Positions 19,472-29,155 of a stretch of DNA of 64,000 nt are shown here, piece by piece. Origin of the DNA: Candidatus Latescibacterota bacterium. GTDB lineage: Bacteria; Latescibacterota; UBA2968; UBA8231. Positions within the stretch are counted from its first letter, which is position 1; each line of letters begins with the position of its first letter. The stretch is taken from assembly GCA_965204725.1 (NCBI GenBank), contig OZ242005.1, positions 2,432,001 through 2,496,000 of the forward strand. Direction: 5' to 3'. The translations under genes and the position numbers were made by a program. Below the pieces are notes generated by a model. That model was given only the letters and a program-made list of their open reading frames with translations, searched no databases and was not told where the DNA came from.

Positions 19472-21766
19472 ATGGAAAATGCTCCTTCTCTCTCGCGCGG
19501 CCAAGTGCATCGCGCCCTCCGCTCCTTCGTCGTCGCCAGCGGCTTGTGGGGCGCTTGGGGACAAGCCTGTGGGCTGGGGACGGCCGCCTTTACCGGCTTT
19601 GCGCTGTACCTAGGGGCCGACGGGGCCTTTATCGCCCTGTTTACCTCGGCCGCGTACTTCCTCGCTCTGACGCAACTGCTCGCGCCCCTGTTGAGCGCCC
19701 GCGTCCGCGACAAAAAGCGCTTTGTCGTCATCGGGGGGTACGTGGAAGTCGCCTTCCGCGGGCTGCCGCTGCTCATCCCCCTCTTCGTCCCAGCGCAGTA
19801 CCGGCTCGCGGCCTTGGTCGCCATGGTCTGCCTCAGCATGTTCAGCGGCTATGCGATTTCGCCCTTTTACAGCACTTGGATCGCCAACGCCGTGCCGGAG
19901 AATATCCGGGCGCGCTTTGCCAGTCGCCAGACCATCGTCAGCACCGTAGTAGCTATGATCGCCGGTTTTGCGATCGGCCAATTCCTCGACCTTTTCCCCG
20001 GAACGAGCGGCTTTGTCTGGGTCTTTGCGGCCGGGACGCTTTTTGGCCTCTTGGGGTACTCCTATTTCCTCCGCGCCCCCTTCCCCCAACAAACGGCCGC
20101 CACCGACGAACAAAGCACACGCTTGCGCGACCTCTTGCAGCCCTTCCACGACGCCAACTTCCGCCGCGCCGCCCTCTTTTTTGGCCTGTGGACCTTTGGC
20201 GTTGGGCTGGCCGGGCCGCTCTACAGCGTCTTTATGCTCGACCGCTTGCAGATTTCCTATACCGAGGTCTCGATTTTCAACGCCCTGTTCATGCTGACCA
20301 GCATCGCGGGCTACCGGCTCTGGGCCGGCCTCATCGACCGCTTCGGCTCCAGACCGGTGCTGCAAATCCTGATGACGCCGGCCGCGTTCCTGCCGCTGGT
20401 GTGGGCCTTTAACCAGCCGGGGGCCTACTCGCTAGTACCCGTGGCCTTGGTCCTGAGCGGCATCTTATTCTCCGGGATCGGGGTTGGCATCAACCCCTTG
20501 CTCTACGGCCTGTTGCCCCAAGGGGAGAAGCGCACGATGTACTTGGCGACTTGGTCGGTGACGGTCAACTTAATGGGGGCGCTCGGCCCTTTGTTGGGCG
20601 GCTTGCTCGTCGCTCAACTGGCGGGCTTGCGCTTTTCCGTGTTCGGCGTGAACATGGGCGATTTGCAGGTCATCTTTGCCCTCAGCGCCTTGATCCGGCT
20701 AGCGCCCTTGTTCATCCTCCGCACCGTCCGGGACGCGCGGAGCGCGACTTCGCGCAGCCTGCTCTCGCGGATGCTGCGCGGCAACGTCCTCAGCTACGCT
20801 TACAACGCCACCATCTTCAGCCTCGCCACGGCCGAGGGGACTAGGGCGCGCGCGGCCGAGGCCCTCGGCCGGTCGGGCAACCCCCTCGCCATCGAGCAAT
20901 TGGTCCAAGCCCTCGCCGACGCCAGCCCTCGGGTGCGCCGCGCGGCCGCCCGCGCCTTGGGCGAGAGCCGGTCGGAAAGCGCGGCCGAACCCCTAGTGCG
21001 CGAGCTTATTGACGGGGCCTCGGACATCCGCAGCGAAGCGGCCGAGGCACTGGGCCGCCTCGGATATTCCACGAGTATCGATCCCCTCGTCGATGCGCTG
21101 AGCGACGCCGATCCCCGAGTGCGCCTCAGCGCCATCCGCGGCCTAGCCAGCATCCGCGGGGACGAAGTCCACGAGCTATTATTCTGGCACTTTGGCAGCG
21201 ATTTCGACCCCTTGACGTTCCCGACGTTGGTCGATGTCCTCGGCGAGCGCCAAGACCGCCGCATTGTCAAACCCGCGCTGGGCCGCCTGACCGACTTTCC
21301 GTCTCCGGCCGTGCGCTTGCAGTTGCTCAACGGGGTCTGCCGTGCGCTCGGTGCTGGCGACCGGTTCTACCGCTTGCTCTCGCGTGAGGACACCGACCGC
21401 GTCGCGGCCATCTCCCGCCTGTTGCGCCGGGCGACCGACTCCTTGGGCGCGGGGCACTGCATCCGCGCGGCATACCGCACGCAGCTAAAAACCCTGTGCC
21501 GGGAAGTAGTAGTAGCGTATGAAGAGGAAAAGGCCGAGGCCCTAGTCGAGGCTATGCGGCAGGTGATGCGCACCGTGCGCGACGGACTCTCGGCCACCAG
21601 CGATCAAGCCTACGACGTGCTCTCGGTGTACGTGGTTCTCATCGCCATCGGCAACTTCATCAACAGCCCGGTGCGGCAAGAGTCGCCCGTGGCCCAAGAG
21701 ATTTTTCTCGCCGTGTGCCTCGCGCGTCTAGCCACCTTGGTCCGCCAGATCGACGACAGCACTTGA
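19472..21766 (+). CDS. MFS transporter fused to C-terminal HEAT/PBS-lyase repeats
   Basis: About 12 hydrophobic segments with GLIDRFGSRP (MFS motif A-like), followed by LADASPRVRRAAARALGE-type repeats. Confidence 0.85.
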   Translation: MENAPSLSRGQVHRALRSFVVASGLWGAWGQACGLGTAAFTGFALYLGADGAFIALFTSAAYFLALTQLLAPLLSARVRDKKRFVVIGGYVEVAFRGLPLLIPLFVPAQYRLAALVAMVCLSMFSGYAISPFYSTWIANAVPENIRARFASRQTIVSTVVAMIAGFAIGQFLDLFPGTSGFVWVFAAGTLFGLLGYSYFLRAPFPQQTAATDEQSTRLRDLLQPFHDANFRRAALFFGLWTFGVGLAGPLYSVFMLDRLQISYTEVSIFNALFMLTSIAGYRLWAGLIDRFGSRPVLQILMTPAAFLPLVWAFNQPGAYSLVPVALVLSGILFSGIGVGINPLLYGLLPQGEKRTMYLATWSVTVNLMGALGPLLGGLLVAQLAGLRFSVFGVNMGDLQVIFALSALIRLAPLFILRTVRDARSATSRSLLSRMLRGNVLSYAYNATIFSLATAEGTRARAAEALGRSGNPLAIEQLVQALADASPRVRRAAARALGESRSESAAEPLVRELIDGASDIRSEAAEALGRLGYSTSIDPLVDALSDADPRVRLSAIRGLASIRGDEVHELLFWHFGSDFDPLTFPTLVDVLGERQDRRIVKPALGRLTDFPSPAVRLQLLNGVCRALGAGDRFYRLLSREDTDRVAAISRLLRRATDSLGAGHCIRAAYRTQLKTLCREVVVAYEEEKAEALVEAMRQVMRTVRDGLSATSDQAYDVLSVYVVLIAIGNFINSPVRQESPVAQEIFLAVCLARLATLVRQIDDST

Positions 21767-21770
21767 CCGC

Positions 21771-22487
21771 TCAGGCGCGGCGGCGATGCGCCCAGCGGAC
21801 GCGCGCCAAGTCCTTGAGACTAGCCAACGTTCCGGTCACCGGGTTAAAGCGACTGTCCGCGTCGAAACGCCACTTCACGGGGATTTTTGCAATGCGGTAG
21901 CTCGACTGGCGCGCCAGCAGCAAAAGCTCCACATCGAACATGAAGCCGGCGGTCTGCTGCCGAGCGCAGAGGTCGCGCACCACTGCGGCCTGAAAAAACT
22001 TAAATCCACACTGCGTATCGCCGAACTCGCTCAAGCCCATCAACACGCGCGAGAGCCAGCTAAACGCCGCCGACCCCCACTGCCGGTAGCGCCGGCGCGC
22101 AACGACGAATTCGGTCGCGCTCAGCGTCCGGTCGCCGATCACTCCATCCCACCCGGCGGCCAATAGAGGCATTACCTCGTCGAGCGCGGCGATGTCGGTC
22201 TTATAGTCGCCATCCATAAAGCCGATGTAGCGGCCTTGGGCCTCGGCCACGCCGCGCTGCACGGAATAGCCCTTGCCGCGGTTGCGGCTGTTTTGCACGC
22301 AACGGACTTGCGGATGCTCGCGAGCGTACTCGGCAATGCGGGCGGCCGTGCGGTCGGTGCTGCCGTCATCTACGACCAGCAATTCACAAGACCACGTCCG
22401 CTGTTGCAGCAACTCAATGGTTTGCTCCAAGGCGATGAGAATCCGCTTTTCTTCGTTGTACGCGGGTATGACGATGCTCAAATCCAT
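21771..22487 (-). CDS. GT2 glycosyltransferase (dolichyl/polyprenyl-phosphate glycosyltransferase-like)
   Basis: Start re-assigned to MDLSIVIPAYNEE; VVDDGSTD, NRGKG, FMDGD, DTQCGFK, FDVELL. Confidence 0.9.
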   Translation of the reverse strand: MDLSIVIPAYNEEKRILIALEQTIELLQQRTWSCELLVVDDGSTDRTAARIAEYAREHPQVRCVQNSRNRGKGYSVQRGVAEAQGRYIGFMDGDYKTDIAALDEVMPLLAAGWDGVIGDRTLSATEFVVARRRYRQWGSAAFSWLSRVLMGLSEFGDTQCGFKFFQAAVVRDLCARQQTAGFMFDVELLLLARQSSYRIAKIPVKWRFDADSRFNPVTGTLASLKDLARVRWAHRRRA

Positions 22488-22511
22488 AGTAGCGCAATAG
22501 CGGCGGCCCGC

Positions 22512-22540
22512 TTGACGTTGCGAGCCGCCGCCCCTATAAT
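22512..22540 (+). promoter_or_regulatory. Sigma70-type promoter for hinT
   Basis: TTGACG (22512-22517), 17-bp spacer, TATAAT (22535-22540). Confidence 0.75.
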
Positions 22541-22580
22541 CCGCCGCAACCTGTGCCCCTAAGCCATGCGAGAAAGGCCC

Positions 22581-22928
22581 ATGAGCGAGGAAACCATTTT
22601 TAGCAAAATCATCCGCCGCGAAATTCCCGCTGCCATCGTCTATGAGGACGACGACTGCTTGGCTTTCCGCGACATCCAGCCTCAAGCCCCAACGCACATC
22701 CTCGTCATACCCAAGGAAGCAGTCGCTGGCGTCCAACACGCCGCGCCCGAACACGGGCGTCTGCTCGGGCACCTGCTGCTCAAGGCCAGCCAAATCGCCG
22801 CCGAGCAGGGCCTAGCCGCAACGGGCTATCGCTTGGTCATCAACGCCGGCGACGACGGCGGGCAAACGGTAGGCCACCTCCACGTCCACCTGCTCGGGGG
22901 CCGCCCCATGCAGTGGCCGCCCGGATAA
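22581..22928 (+). CDS. hinT: Histidine triad nucleotide-binding protein
   Basis: TIFSKII, AFRDIQPQAPTHILVIPK, GQTVGHLHVHLLGGR, WPPG. Start at 22581 or 22566. Confidence 0.95.
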   Translation: MSEETIFSKIIRREIPAAIVYEDDDCLAFRDIQPQAPTHILVIPKEAVAGVQHAAPEHGRLLGHLLLKASQIAAEQGLAATGYRLVINAGDDGGQTVGHLHVHLLGGRPMQWPPG

Positions 22929-22961
22929 AAAAAGAGGCGATGCCGCGCCGGGCACCGCCTC
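22927..22961 (-). terminator. Intrinsic terminator downstream of rplC (possibly bidirectional)
   Basis: Stem GAGGCGATGCC / GGCACCGCCTC next to an A7 run (a U-tract on the minus strand). Confidence 0.8.
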
Positions 22962-22985
22962 GCAAGTGCTCTTAAAACCGGGGGG

Positions 22986-23603
22986 TTATATGGTCTGGAT
23001 CAGGACATAGCCATTGGTCCCGCCCGGGACAGCCCCCTTGAGGAAGAGCAAATTGCGATCCGCGTCGATCCGCTCGACCGTCAATCCCTTTGTGGAGACT
23101 CGCTTGTTGCCCATCTGGCCAGACATTTTCTTGCCCTTCCACACCTTACCCGGCGTCGTGCCTTGGCCGATGGAGCCGCCGTGGCGCACGGTATCCGGGG
23201 TGCCGTGGCTCGCGTTCTTGCCGCGAAAACCGTGGCGCTTGACCACGCCGGCAAAGCCCTTGCCCTTGGATTTACCCGTCACTTTGACCCGCCGACCGAC
23301 CTCAAACTGGCTCACATCCAAGACTTGGCCGACCTCAAACTCGCCCTCTTCGCCGCGAAATTCGCGCAGGATGCGGTGCCCGCTCACGCCAGCCTTGGCC
23401 AGATGGCCCTTTTGCGGCTTGGTCAGCTTGCGCTCTGGCACTTCGTCGAATGCGAGCTGCAAAGCCGAGTATCCGTTGTCCCCTTCGGTCCGCACCTGTA
23501 CCACCGGGCAGGGGCCGGCCGCGACGATCGTCACCGGCGTGAGCTCCTCGCGGCTGTTGTACACCTGCGTCATTCCCAATTTCTTGCCAATCAAGGCCCC
23601 CAT
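22986..23603 (-). CDS. rplC: 50S ribosomal protein L3
   Basis: GKKLGMTQ, PVTIV.AGPC, SKGKGFAGVVKRHGF, GSIG..TPGKVWKGKKM.G.MG, KGAVPG. AAGGAG RBS. Confidence 0.97.
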   Translation of the reverse strand: MGALIGKKLGMTQVYNSREELTPVTIVAAGPCPVVQVRTEGDNGYSALQLAFDEVPERKLTKPQKGHLAKAGVSGHRILREFRGEEGEFEVGQVLDVSQFEVGRRVKVTGKSKGKGFAGVVKRHGFRGKNASHGTPDTVRHGGSIGQGTTPGKVWKGKKMSGQMGNKRVSTKGLTVERIDADRNLLFLKGAVPGGTNGYVLIQTI

Positions 23604-23647
23604 AAAGCCAACTCCTTCAGATAGTTGTCGCGCAAACAGAATTGTAA

Positions 23648-23676
23648 AAATTACGCAAAATTTTTCTAGCGAGCAA
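23648..23676 (-). promoter_or_regulatory. Putative sigma70 promoter of rplC
   Basis: On the minus strand TTGCTC-N17-TAATTT, in an AT-rich intergenic stretch. Confidence 0.5.
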
Positions 23677-23702
23677 GAGCGGCCCGCGGCAAGGCGGCAA
23701 AG

Positions 23703-24602
23703 TTGAGCGCGATAACCATATTTCGCGGCGGGGCAATCGGCGATTTCGTCCTCACCCTACCCGCCATCGCGGCCGTGCGCCTGGCCCTTCCCGCGGCCGC
23801 CTTGCGCCTCATCGGCCGGCCGACGACCCTAGTGCTCGGCCCAGCGGCCTCCATCCTCAACGGCGAAGACCCGCGCCTGATTGCCCTGCACCGCGCCGGG
23901 CCGCTTCCCCCGGCCACCCGCCAGCTCTTCGCCGCTACGCAGCGCGTACTAGCCTATACAGTGGATGCCCAACAACACGTAGGCCCGCAACTGCGCCGAG
24001 CGGTCGCCGGGCCGGTGCTGCTGTGGGACCCGCGGCCCCCCGCCAATTTCCGCGGCCACATCGTCGATCACTTGCTAAGTCCCTTGCAACAATGGGGCTT
24101 ACCCGTCTGCAACCGCACCCCCCACATCGAACTGCGTCCCGACGACTATGGCTACGTAGAAACGCTCGCATCTCCCCCCGAAGTGGTCATCCACCTAGGC
24201 AGCGGCTCGCCGGCCAAGTGCTGGCCCGCGGCGAATTTCCGCGCCCTCGCCAGCGCGCTGCAAAAAAGAGGCTGGCACACCGCATTCCTGTGCGGCCCGG
24301 TCGAGCGCGAACGCTCGCTCTCCGTCGGCGGCTGGCCCCTGCTCCACCCCCCAGACCTGCGCGCCCTCGCCGGCTTGCTCTCCCAAGCCGCGCTCTTTAT
24401 CGGCAACGACTCCGGTCCTGGGCACATCGCCGCGGCAGTCGGCACTCCGACCTTGACGCTGTTTGGCCCCACCGACCCCCGGCTGTGGGCACCACGCGGC
24501 CCATTCAGTCGAGTCCTGCAAGCACCGGCCAAAGACATCGCTGCAATCCCCATCCCGGCCGCCATAGATGCGGCCCTAGCCATCCTCCACAGGGCGCGAT
24601 GA
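23703..24602 (+). CDS. Glycosyltransferase family 9 (LPS heptosyltransferase-like)
   Basis: [47 protein letters not shown]. Confidence 0.9.
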   Translation: MSAITIFRGGAIGDFVLTLPAIAAVRLALPAAALRLIGRPTTLVLGPAASILNGEDPRLIALHRAGPLPPATRQLFAATQRVLAYTVDAQQHVGPQLRRAVAGPVLLWDPRPPANFRGHIVDHLLSPLQQWGLPVCNRTPHIELRPDDYGYVETLASPPEVVIHLGSGSPAKCWPAANFRALASALQKRGWHTAFLCGPVERERSLSVGGWPLLHPPDLRALAGLLSQAALFIGNDSGPGHIAAAVGTPTLTLFGPTDPRLWAPRGPFSRVLQAPAKDIAAIPIPAAIDAALAILHRAR

Positions 24603-25219
24603 CCTCTTACGCCGACCAACGCCGCGCTATGGTGCGCGAGCAACTCAGCCACCGCGGCCTTGACGACCCGCGCGTCCTCGCCGCGTTCGCCCGCGTCCCC
24701 AGGCATCGCTACGTCCCGGAGGCCCTGCGTCCCCATGCGTATGCCGACCACCCACTGGCCATTGGCGCAGAGCAAACCATCTCTCAGCCCTACGTAGTGG
24801 CTTACATGCTCTCGGTGCTCGGCCTGCAGGGCACAGAACGGGTCTTGGAGATTGGCACCGGCTCTGGGTACCAGACTGCCCTGCTCGCCGAACTGGCCGG
24901 TCCAGTCTATAGCATTGAATTCTTCTCTGACCTCGCCGCACAGGCCCGGCGCGTCCTCGCCGCCACGGGCTATGGCCGCGTCGCCCTCCGCGTCGGCGAC
25001 GGCCGCGCAGGCTGGCCCGAGGCCGCCCCTTTTGACGCCATCGCCTGCTCGGCCGCACCCGCTGCCATCCCACCGGCTCTACTCGAACAACTAGCCCCGG
25101 CCGGCCGCCTCATCCTCCCGCTCGGCACCCAACGCCAGCACTTGGTCTTGGTCGAGCGCACCGCGACCGGCCTCAGCCAGCGCAAACTCCTGCCCGTGCG
25201 CTTTGTGCCGATGCAGTAA
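24599..25219 (+). CDS. pcm: Protein-L-isoaspartate O-methyltransferase
   Basis: Start re-assigned (ATGA overlap); [41 protein letters not shown]. Confidence 0.95.
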   Translation: MTSYADQRRAMVREQLSHRGLDDPRVLAAFARVPRHRYVPEALRPHAYADHPLAIGAEQTISQPYVVAYMLSVLGLQGTERVLEIGTGSGYQTALLAELAGPVYSIEFFSDLAAQARRVLAATGYGRVALRVGDGRAGWPEAAPFDAIACSAAPAAIPPALLEQLAPAGRLILPLGTQRQHLVLVERTATGLSQRKLLPVRFVPMQ

Positions 25220-25327
25220 GCGGATTTAAGCGGGGCCTGTTCTTGCTCTAGTGCCGACCAGATACGTTTTTTAGACAGACTACCCGTAGGTACGTATCAC
25301 CTGCCGCTCTAGCACGGATGCTCCGCA

Positions 25328-27523
25328 ATGACCATTGAGACCCGCTTCGACATCCCGCTGGTTGCGGCCCTCGCCCTCCGAGAAAAGCAAATTCAGCAGC
25401 ATTACCGCCCCATCATCGCCGTCCACAAATGGTTTGCCCGGCGGCCGGGGACGCTTTTCCGCGCACTGACCTTAGCCGAATTTGGCGATGCCCCCCTCGC
25501 GGACCTGTTCTTTACCGCCAACGAATTTCGCGGTCGGAAGGTAGCCGATCCCTTCATGGGCGGTGGCACCCCGCTCATTGAGGCCAACCGCGTCGGCTGC
25601 GATGTAACCGGCTTTGATATCAACCCCATGGCTTGGTGGATTGTCCGCGAAGCGATCGAACATATTGACCTAGCTGTTTACGAGCGCACCGTCAGCGAGC
25701 TGATCGCCGCGCTCCACGCTGAGATCGGTCCTCTCTACCGCACTGACTGCCCTATATACGGCGACGAGAACGTGCCCGTAAAATACTTCCTTTGGGTCAA
25801 GGTGCTCGACTGTGCGGCCTGCGGCACTCAGTTTGACCTTTTCCCCGGCTACCTGCTCTCCGAGGACGCACGCCACCCGAAAAACGTTCTGGTCTGCGCC
25901 GATTGTGGTGAACTGAACGAAGTGGCCGACCGCAAAACTCCCGGACATTGCCAGAACTGTCGCGCCGGGCTGCGCTTGCAAGGTCCGGCTAGCCGCAGCC
26001 GTTGCGCCTGCCCGCACTGTGGTTGCGTCAATAGCTATCCGCGTGGGGAGTGTGGGCCGCCTCAGCACCGCCTATTTGCCATCGAGTACTACAATCCTGA
26101 GCATAAGGCAACGCACAAAGGTCGGTTTTTCAAAAAACCGGATGCCAAGGATCTCGCCCACTTCCAAGCGGCTGAGAATCGCTGGCATGACCAAGCGGCG
26201 CAGTTTGCCCCAACTCAAGAAATTCTCCCCGGCGATGAAACAAACCGCCTGCACCGCTGGGGCTACACCCAGTACCGACAGATGTTCAATGCGCGGCAAC
26301 TCCTCGGGCTAGAACTAAGCTGTCGCCTCATATCTGCGATCGACGACGAGCGCGTCCGCCGCGCCTTGGCGACCAATTTTTCAGACCTGCTGCGCTATCA
26401 GAACATGCTCTGCCGCTACAACACTTGGGCACTCAAATCCCTCGATATCTTCTCGGTGCATGGGTTCCCGGTGGGCTTAATCCAGTGCGAGTCCAACTTG
26501 TTTGGGATCCGCAACGGCAAAGGAGCGAACATCGGCTCCGGCGGCTGGCACAACATCGCCGCCAAGTACGCGAAGGCCAAGCGGTATTGCGACGAGCCGT
26601 TTGAGGTCTGCCGCAACGGGACCCGCAAATACGTCGTGCCTGTCAAAGGCGAGTGGATCGGCGAGCACCGCACCGGCAAACGCCCGCGCAATGTCGCGGT
26701 TCGCTGCGCGAGCGCCACGGCCGAATCGCTCGCGCCGGGCACCCTCGACGCCGTATTTACCGACCCGCCGTACTTCGGCAATGTCCAGTACGGTGAATTG
26801 ATGGATTTCTGCTATGCGTGGTTGCGCCGCCTCATAGGAGATCGGGCCGAAGGCTTCCGCCGTACTTCTACCCGCTCTCCTCTTGAACTAACTGGCAACG
26901 CAACCCAAGACCGGGGTCTCGAACAATTTGCCGCTGGCCTCTCCGAGGTCTATCAACGGATGGCCCGCGCCCTGAAACCGGGTGCCCCCCTCGTTTTTAC
27001 CTATCACCACAACAAAATCGGGGTGTACCATGCGGCTGGCGTCGCCATTCTCGACGCCGGGCTAACCTGTTCGGCCACCCTCTCTTGCCCTGCGGAAATG
27101 GCTGGTTCCATCCACATCCACGGCACGGCCTCATCCATCGTTGATACCGTTTTTGTCTGCCGCTCAACGGGCACCATTCCGCGCCAATGGCTTTTTGAGA
27201 CGCCGGAGGAGCTCGTCGCTATTGTCGCTGAAGATCGAGAGCAACTTGGTGCCGCCGGATACAAGCCCACGCTCGGCGATATCCGCTGCATCGTCTTTGG
27301 GCATCTAACCCGAATGGCCATCTGGAATCTACGTCGAGAATGGTGTGCCAAGCGTCCTACGTCGGAAAAGTTGCACCGCTTCGCCGAGGCAGTGTCCGCC
27401 CTCGGCGATCCCGACCGCATAAGCGAAATCCTCGCTACTAAAAAACCCACACTGTCTGCTGCCGGGCCGCTGTTTGCAGGTGGCAACCTCGTAGAGAGCA
27501 AGCACGATGCCGTTTGCTTTTGA
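25328..27523 (+). CDS. Amino-DNA methyltransferase with Zn-ribbon insert (DUF1156-type)
   Basis: HKWFARR, DPFMGGG (motif I), several CxxC pairs, TDPPY (motif IV). Confidence 0.9.
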   Translation: MTIETRFDIPLVAALALREKQIQQHYRPIIAVHKWFARRPGTLFRALTLAEFGDAPLADLFFTANEFRGRKVADPFMGGGTPLIEANRVGCDVTGFDINPMAWWIVREAIEHIDLAVYERTVSELIAALHAEIGPLYRTDCPIYGDENVPVKYFLWVKVLDCAACGTQFDLFPGYLLSEDARHPKNVLVCADCGELNEVADRKTPGHCQNCRAGLRLQGPASRSRCACPHCGCVNSYPRGECGPPQHRLFAIEYYNPEHKATHKGRFFKKPDAKDLAHFQAAENRWHDQAAQFAPTQEILPGDETNRLHRWGYTQYRQMFNARQLLGLELSCRLISAIDDERVRRALATNFSDLLRYQNMLCRYNTWALKSLDIFSVHGFPVGLIQCESNLFGIRNGKGANIGSGGWHNIAAKYAKAKRYCDEPFEVCRNGTRKYVVPVKGEWIGEHRTGKRPRNVAVRCASATAESLAPGTLDAVFTDPPYFGNVQYGELMDFCYAWLRRLIGDRAEGFRRTSTRSPLELTGNATQDRGLEQFAAGLSEVYQRMARALKPGAPLVFTYHHNKIGVYHAAGVAILDAGLTCSATLSCPAEMAGSIHIHGTASSIVDTVFVCRSTGTIPRQWLFETPEELVAIVAEDREQLGAAGYKPTLGDIRCIVFGHLTRMAIWNLRREWCAKRPTSEKLHRFAEAVSALGDPDRISEILATKKPTLSAAGPLFAGGNLVESKHDAVCF

Positions 27524-28538
27524 GGATACTTTTACAGAGGTACAGGCGAACCTCGACGTGTATGTCGATGAGGTGTTCGCCTGTCTGGAGTCGGAGTTTC
27601 TGGTCATGCCCAGAGGACCCGATTTCGTCGAATACTCCACCTTCGCGAGCGGGTACGAGGCCCTGAAACGGGCTACTACCGGCTTTCGGGACGCAACTCC
27701 AGAAACCGTCGCGCCAGTCGTATTCAGGCTGCCGATTGCGCTGATCGTTCTTCGCTGCATGTTGGGGTTCACGCCGCCGGAATGGGCTTACTATGCCACG
27801 CAAGAGACCGACGTGAAGATCCCACTAGGGGCTGTGCGGGCTCTCGATCGGCAAATCCGCAAGGATCCGAAAAAGCCGCTCAACCGGAACGGCGGGACCA
27901 CCGAGCAGCGCGTCCATGCTCTGATTACCGCCGCCTGCCAAATCCTCAATGAGGGAGCCCCTACTGTTGCACCCGACAAGCTCCACCGGCTCGATAAAGC
28001 CGACACCGCTGAAGGTCTCATCGGTATGCAATCCCTAGCGGACCGGGGCGTTCCCTATGCCATGTTGCTCTATGAACGCTTTCTGGGGCGTCCTTTTGCC
28101 GGACACCGGGATTCGGTCAGTGAGTTGGTCGGCGATCTCGTCGAAAACGCGATAGAAGAAGTGCTCCATCGCGCCGGCATTAGTTTCCGCAAAACCGGAC
28201 GCGCTGAGCGCATACCCGGCTTCGACCAAGCCCCCGACTTTATTGTCCCTGACGAGTTCAACCCCCAAATCATTATCGAGGCCAAGCTCACCGAGGACGA
28301 TGGCACCGCCCGCGACAAGATAACGCGCATCCAACATCTCGCTGAACTCGCCGTGAAGGACCAGCCAGCCGATCAGCCCAAATTTGAGGTGGTTGCTTGT
28401 ATTGCGGGGCGCGGCTTCAAGGTGCGCCGCGAGGATATGAAGAAGTTGCTAATAGCTACGCGAGGCAAAGTGTTCACCTTGCAAAATCTACAACAACTCG
28501 TCGAATGCACCGGCCTACAGGAGTTTCGCTCCCAATGA
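27507..28538 (+). CDS. Putative type II restriction endonuclease (PD-(D/E)XK), partner of the upstream methyltransferase
   Basis: APDFIVPDEFNPQIIIEAK motif; overlaps the MTase gene by 17 bp. Confidence 0.7.
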   Translation: MPFAFEDTFTEVQANLDVYVDEVFACLESEFLVMPRGPDFVEYSTFASGYEALKRATTGFRDATPETVAPVVFRLPIALIVLRCMLGFTPPEWAYYATQETDVKIPLGAVRALDRQIRKDPKKPLNRNGGTTEQRVHALITAACQILNEGAPTVAPDKLHRLDKADTAEGLIGMQSLADRGVPYAMLLYERFLGRPFAGHRDSVSELVGDLVENAIEEVLHRAGISFRKTGRAERIPGFDQAPDFIVPDEFNPQIIIEAKLTEDDGTARDKITRIQHLAELAVKDQPADQPKFEVVACIAGRGFKVRREDMKKLLIATRGKVFTLQNLQQLVECTGLQEFRSQ

Positions 28539-28593
28539 GCCGACGACGAAATTCTTTAATATGTCCTATCCGCAATGTGCGGCACCGTTGCCT

Positions 28594-28992
28594 CTAAGGC
28601 ATCTCGCGTTCGTCAAAGTTTTCTGGGGACACTTCTTCTTTGCTGAGCACTTCTACGAGGTGGTAGGCGTACCGTCCTACATCTTGGATATCCGCTCCCC
28701 GGTCCACCAGCCGCACTTTCAGCGTATAGATAAACCCCTCTGCAAAGTCAAATCCTTCTATGCTTTCATAGAACAATTCCCACGTTTGCAGATCGTCGTT
28801 GTATATGAGGAAACATTCCTGCTCGATAAACCCCTGACAGGTTTGGGTATAAGGGCCTATGGTGATAACCTGTGTTTGCTCGGCGGAGCGTACGCCGTTG
28901 TCGCAACCCACCAACACCAGCAAGACGAGGGCTAGGCAAGATGTAAAAGCCCCTTGACAACGAGGCGTTCTGACAACAAAAGCTCTATACAT
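28594..28992 (-). CDS. DUF4377-like lipoprotein
   Basis: Lipobox LVGC; TIGP..QTCQG...CFL; FYESIEGFDFAEGFIYTLKV; YHLVEVLSK. Confidence 0.75.
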   Translation of the reverse strand: MYRAFVVRTPRCQGAFTSCLALVLLVLVGCDNGVRSAEQTQVITIGPYTQTCQGFIEQECFLIYNDDLQTWELFYESIEGFDFAEGFIYTLKVRLVDRGADIQDVGRYAYHLVEVLSKEEVSPENFDEREMP

Positions 28993-29155
28993 CGTCGCCT
29001 CCTTTGACCTAGACCAGCCGGCCGTTTTGCAAGTCCAGCGGCAAGACTCGTGGGCCGGTGTAGCGCAGAATTTATAGGATTCTAGAGGTCCAGCGCGGAA
29101 TCATAACCTTGCAAAATTAAAGTGGGGCTTTAAAAAAACAAGGATGGGTGCGCGT

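Noticed and set aside
19036-20412. 458-aa Arg/Pro-rich ORF, and the long N-terminal extensions on the pcm, pyrD, pyrK, GT2, Smr and 40160 ORFs
   Set aside because: Low-complexity off-frame translations overlapping real genes; starts were re-assigned using RBS, overlap and homology cues.
29052-29068. GGGCCGGTGTAGCGCAG resembles a tRNA 5' end
   Set aside because: No D-loop GG, anticodon arm or GTTCRA T-loop follows; it cannot fold as a tRNA.
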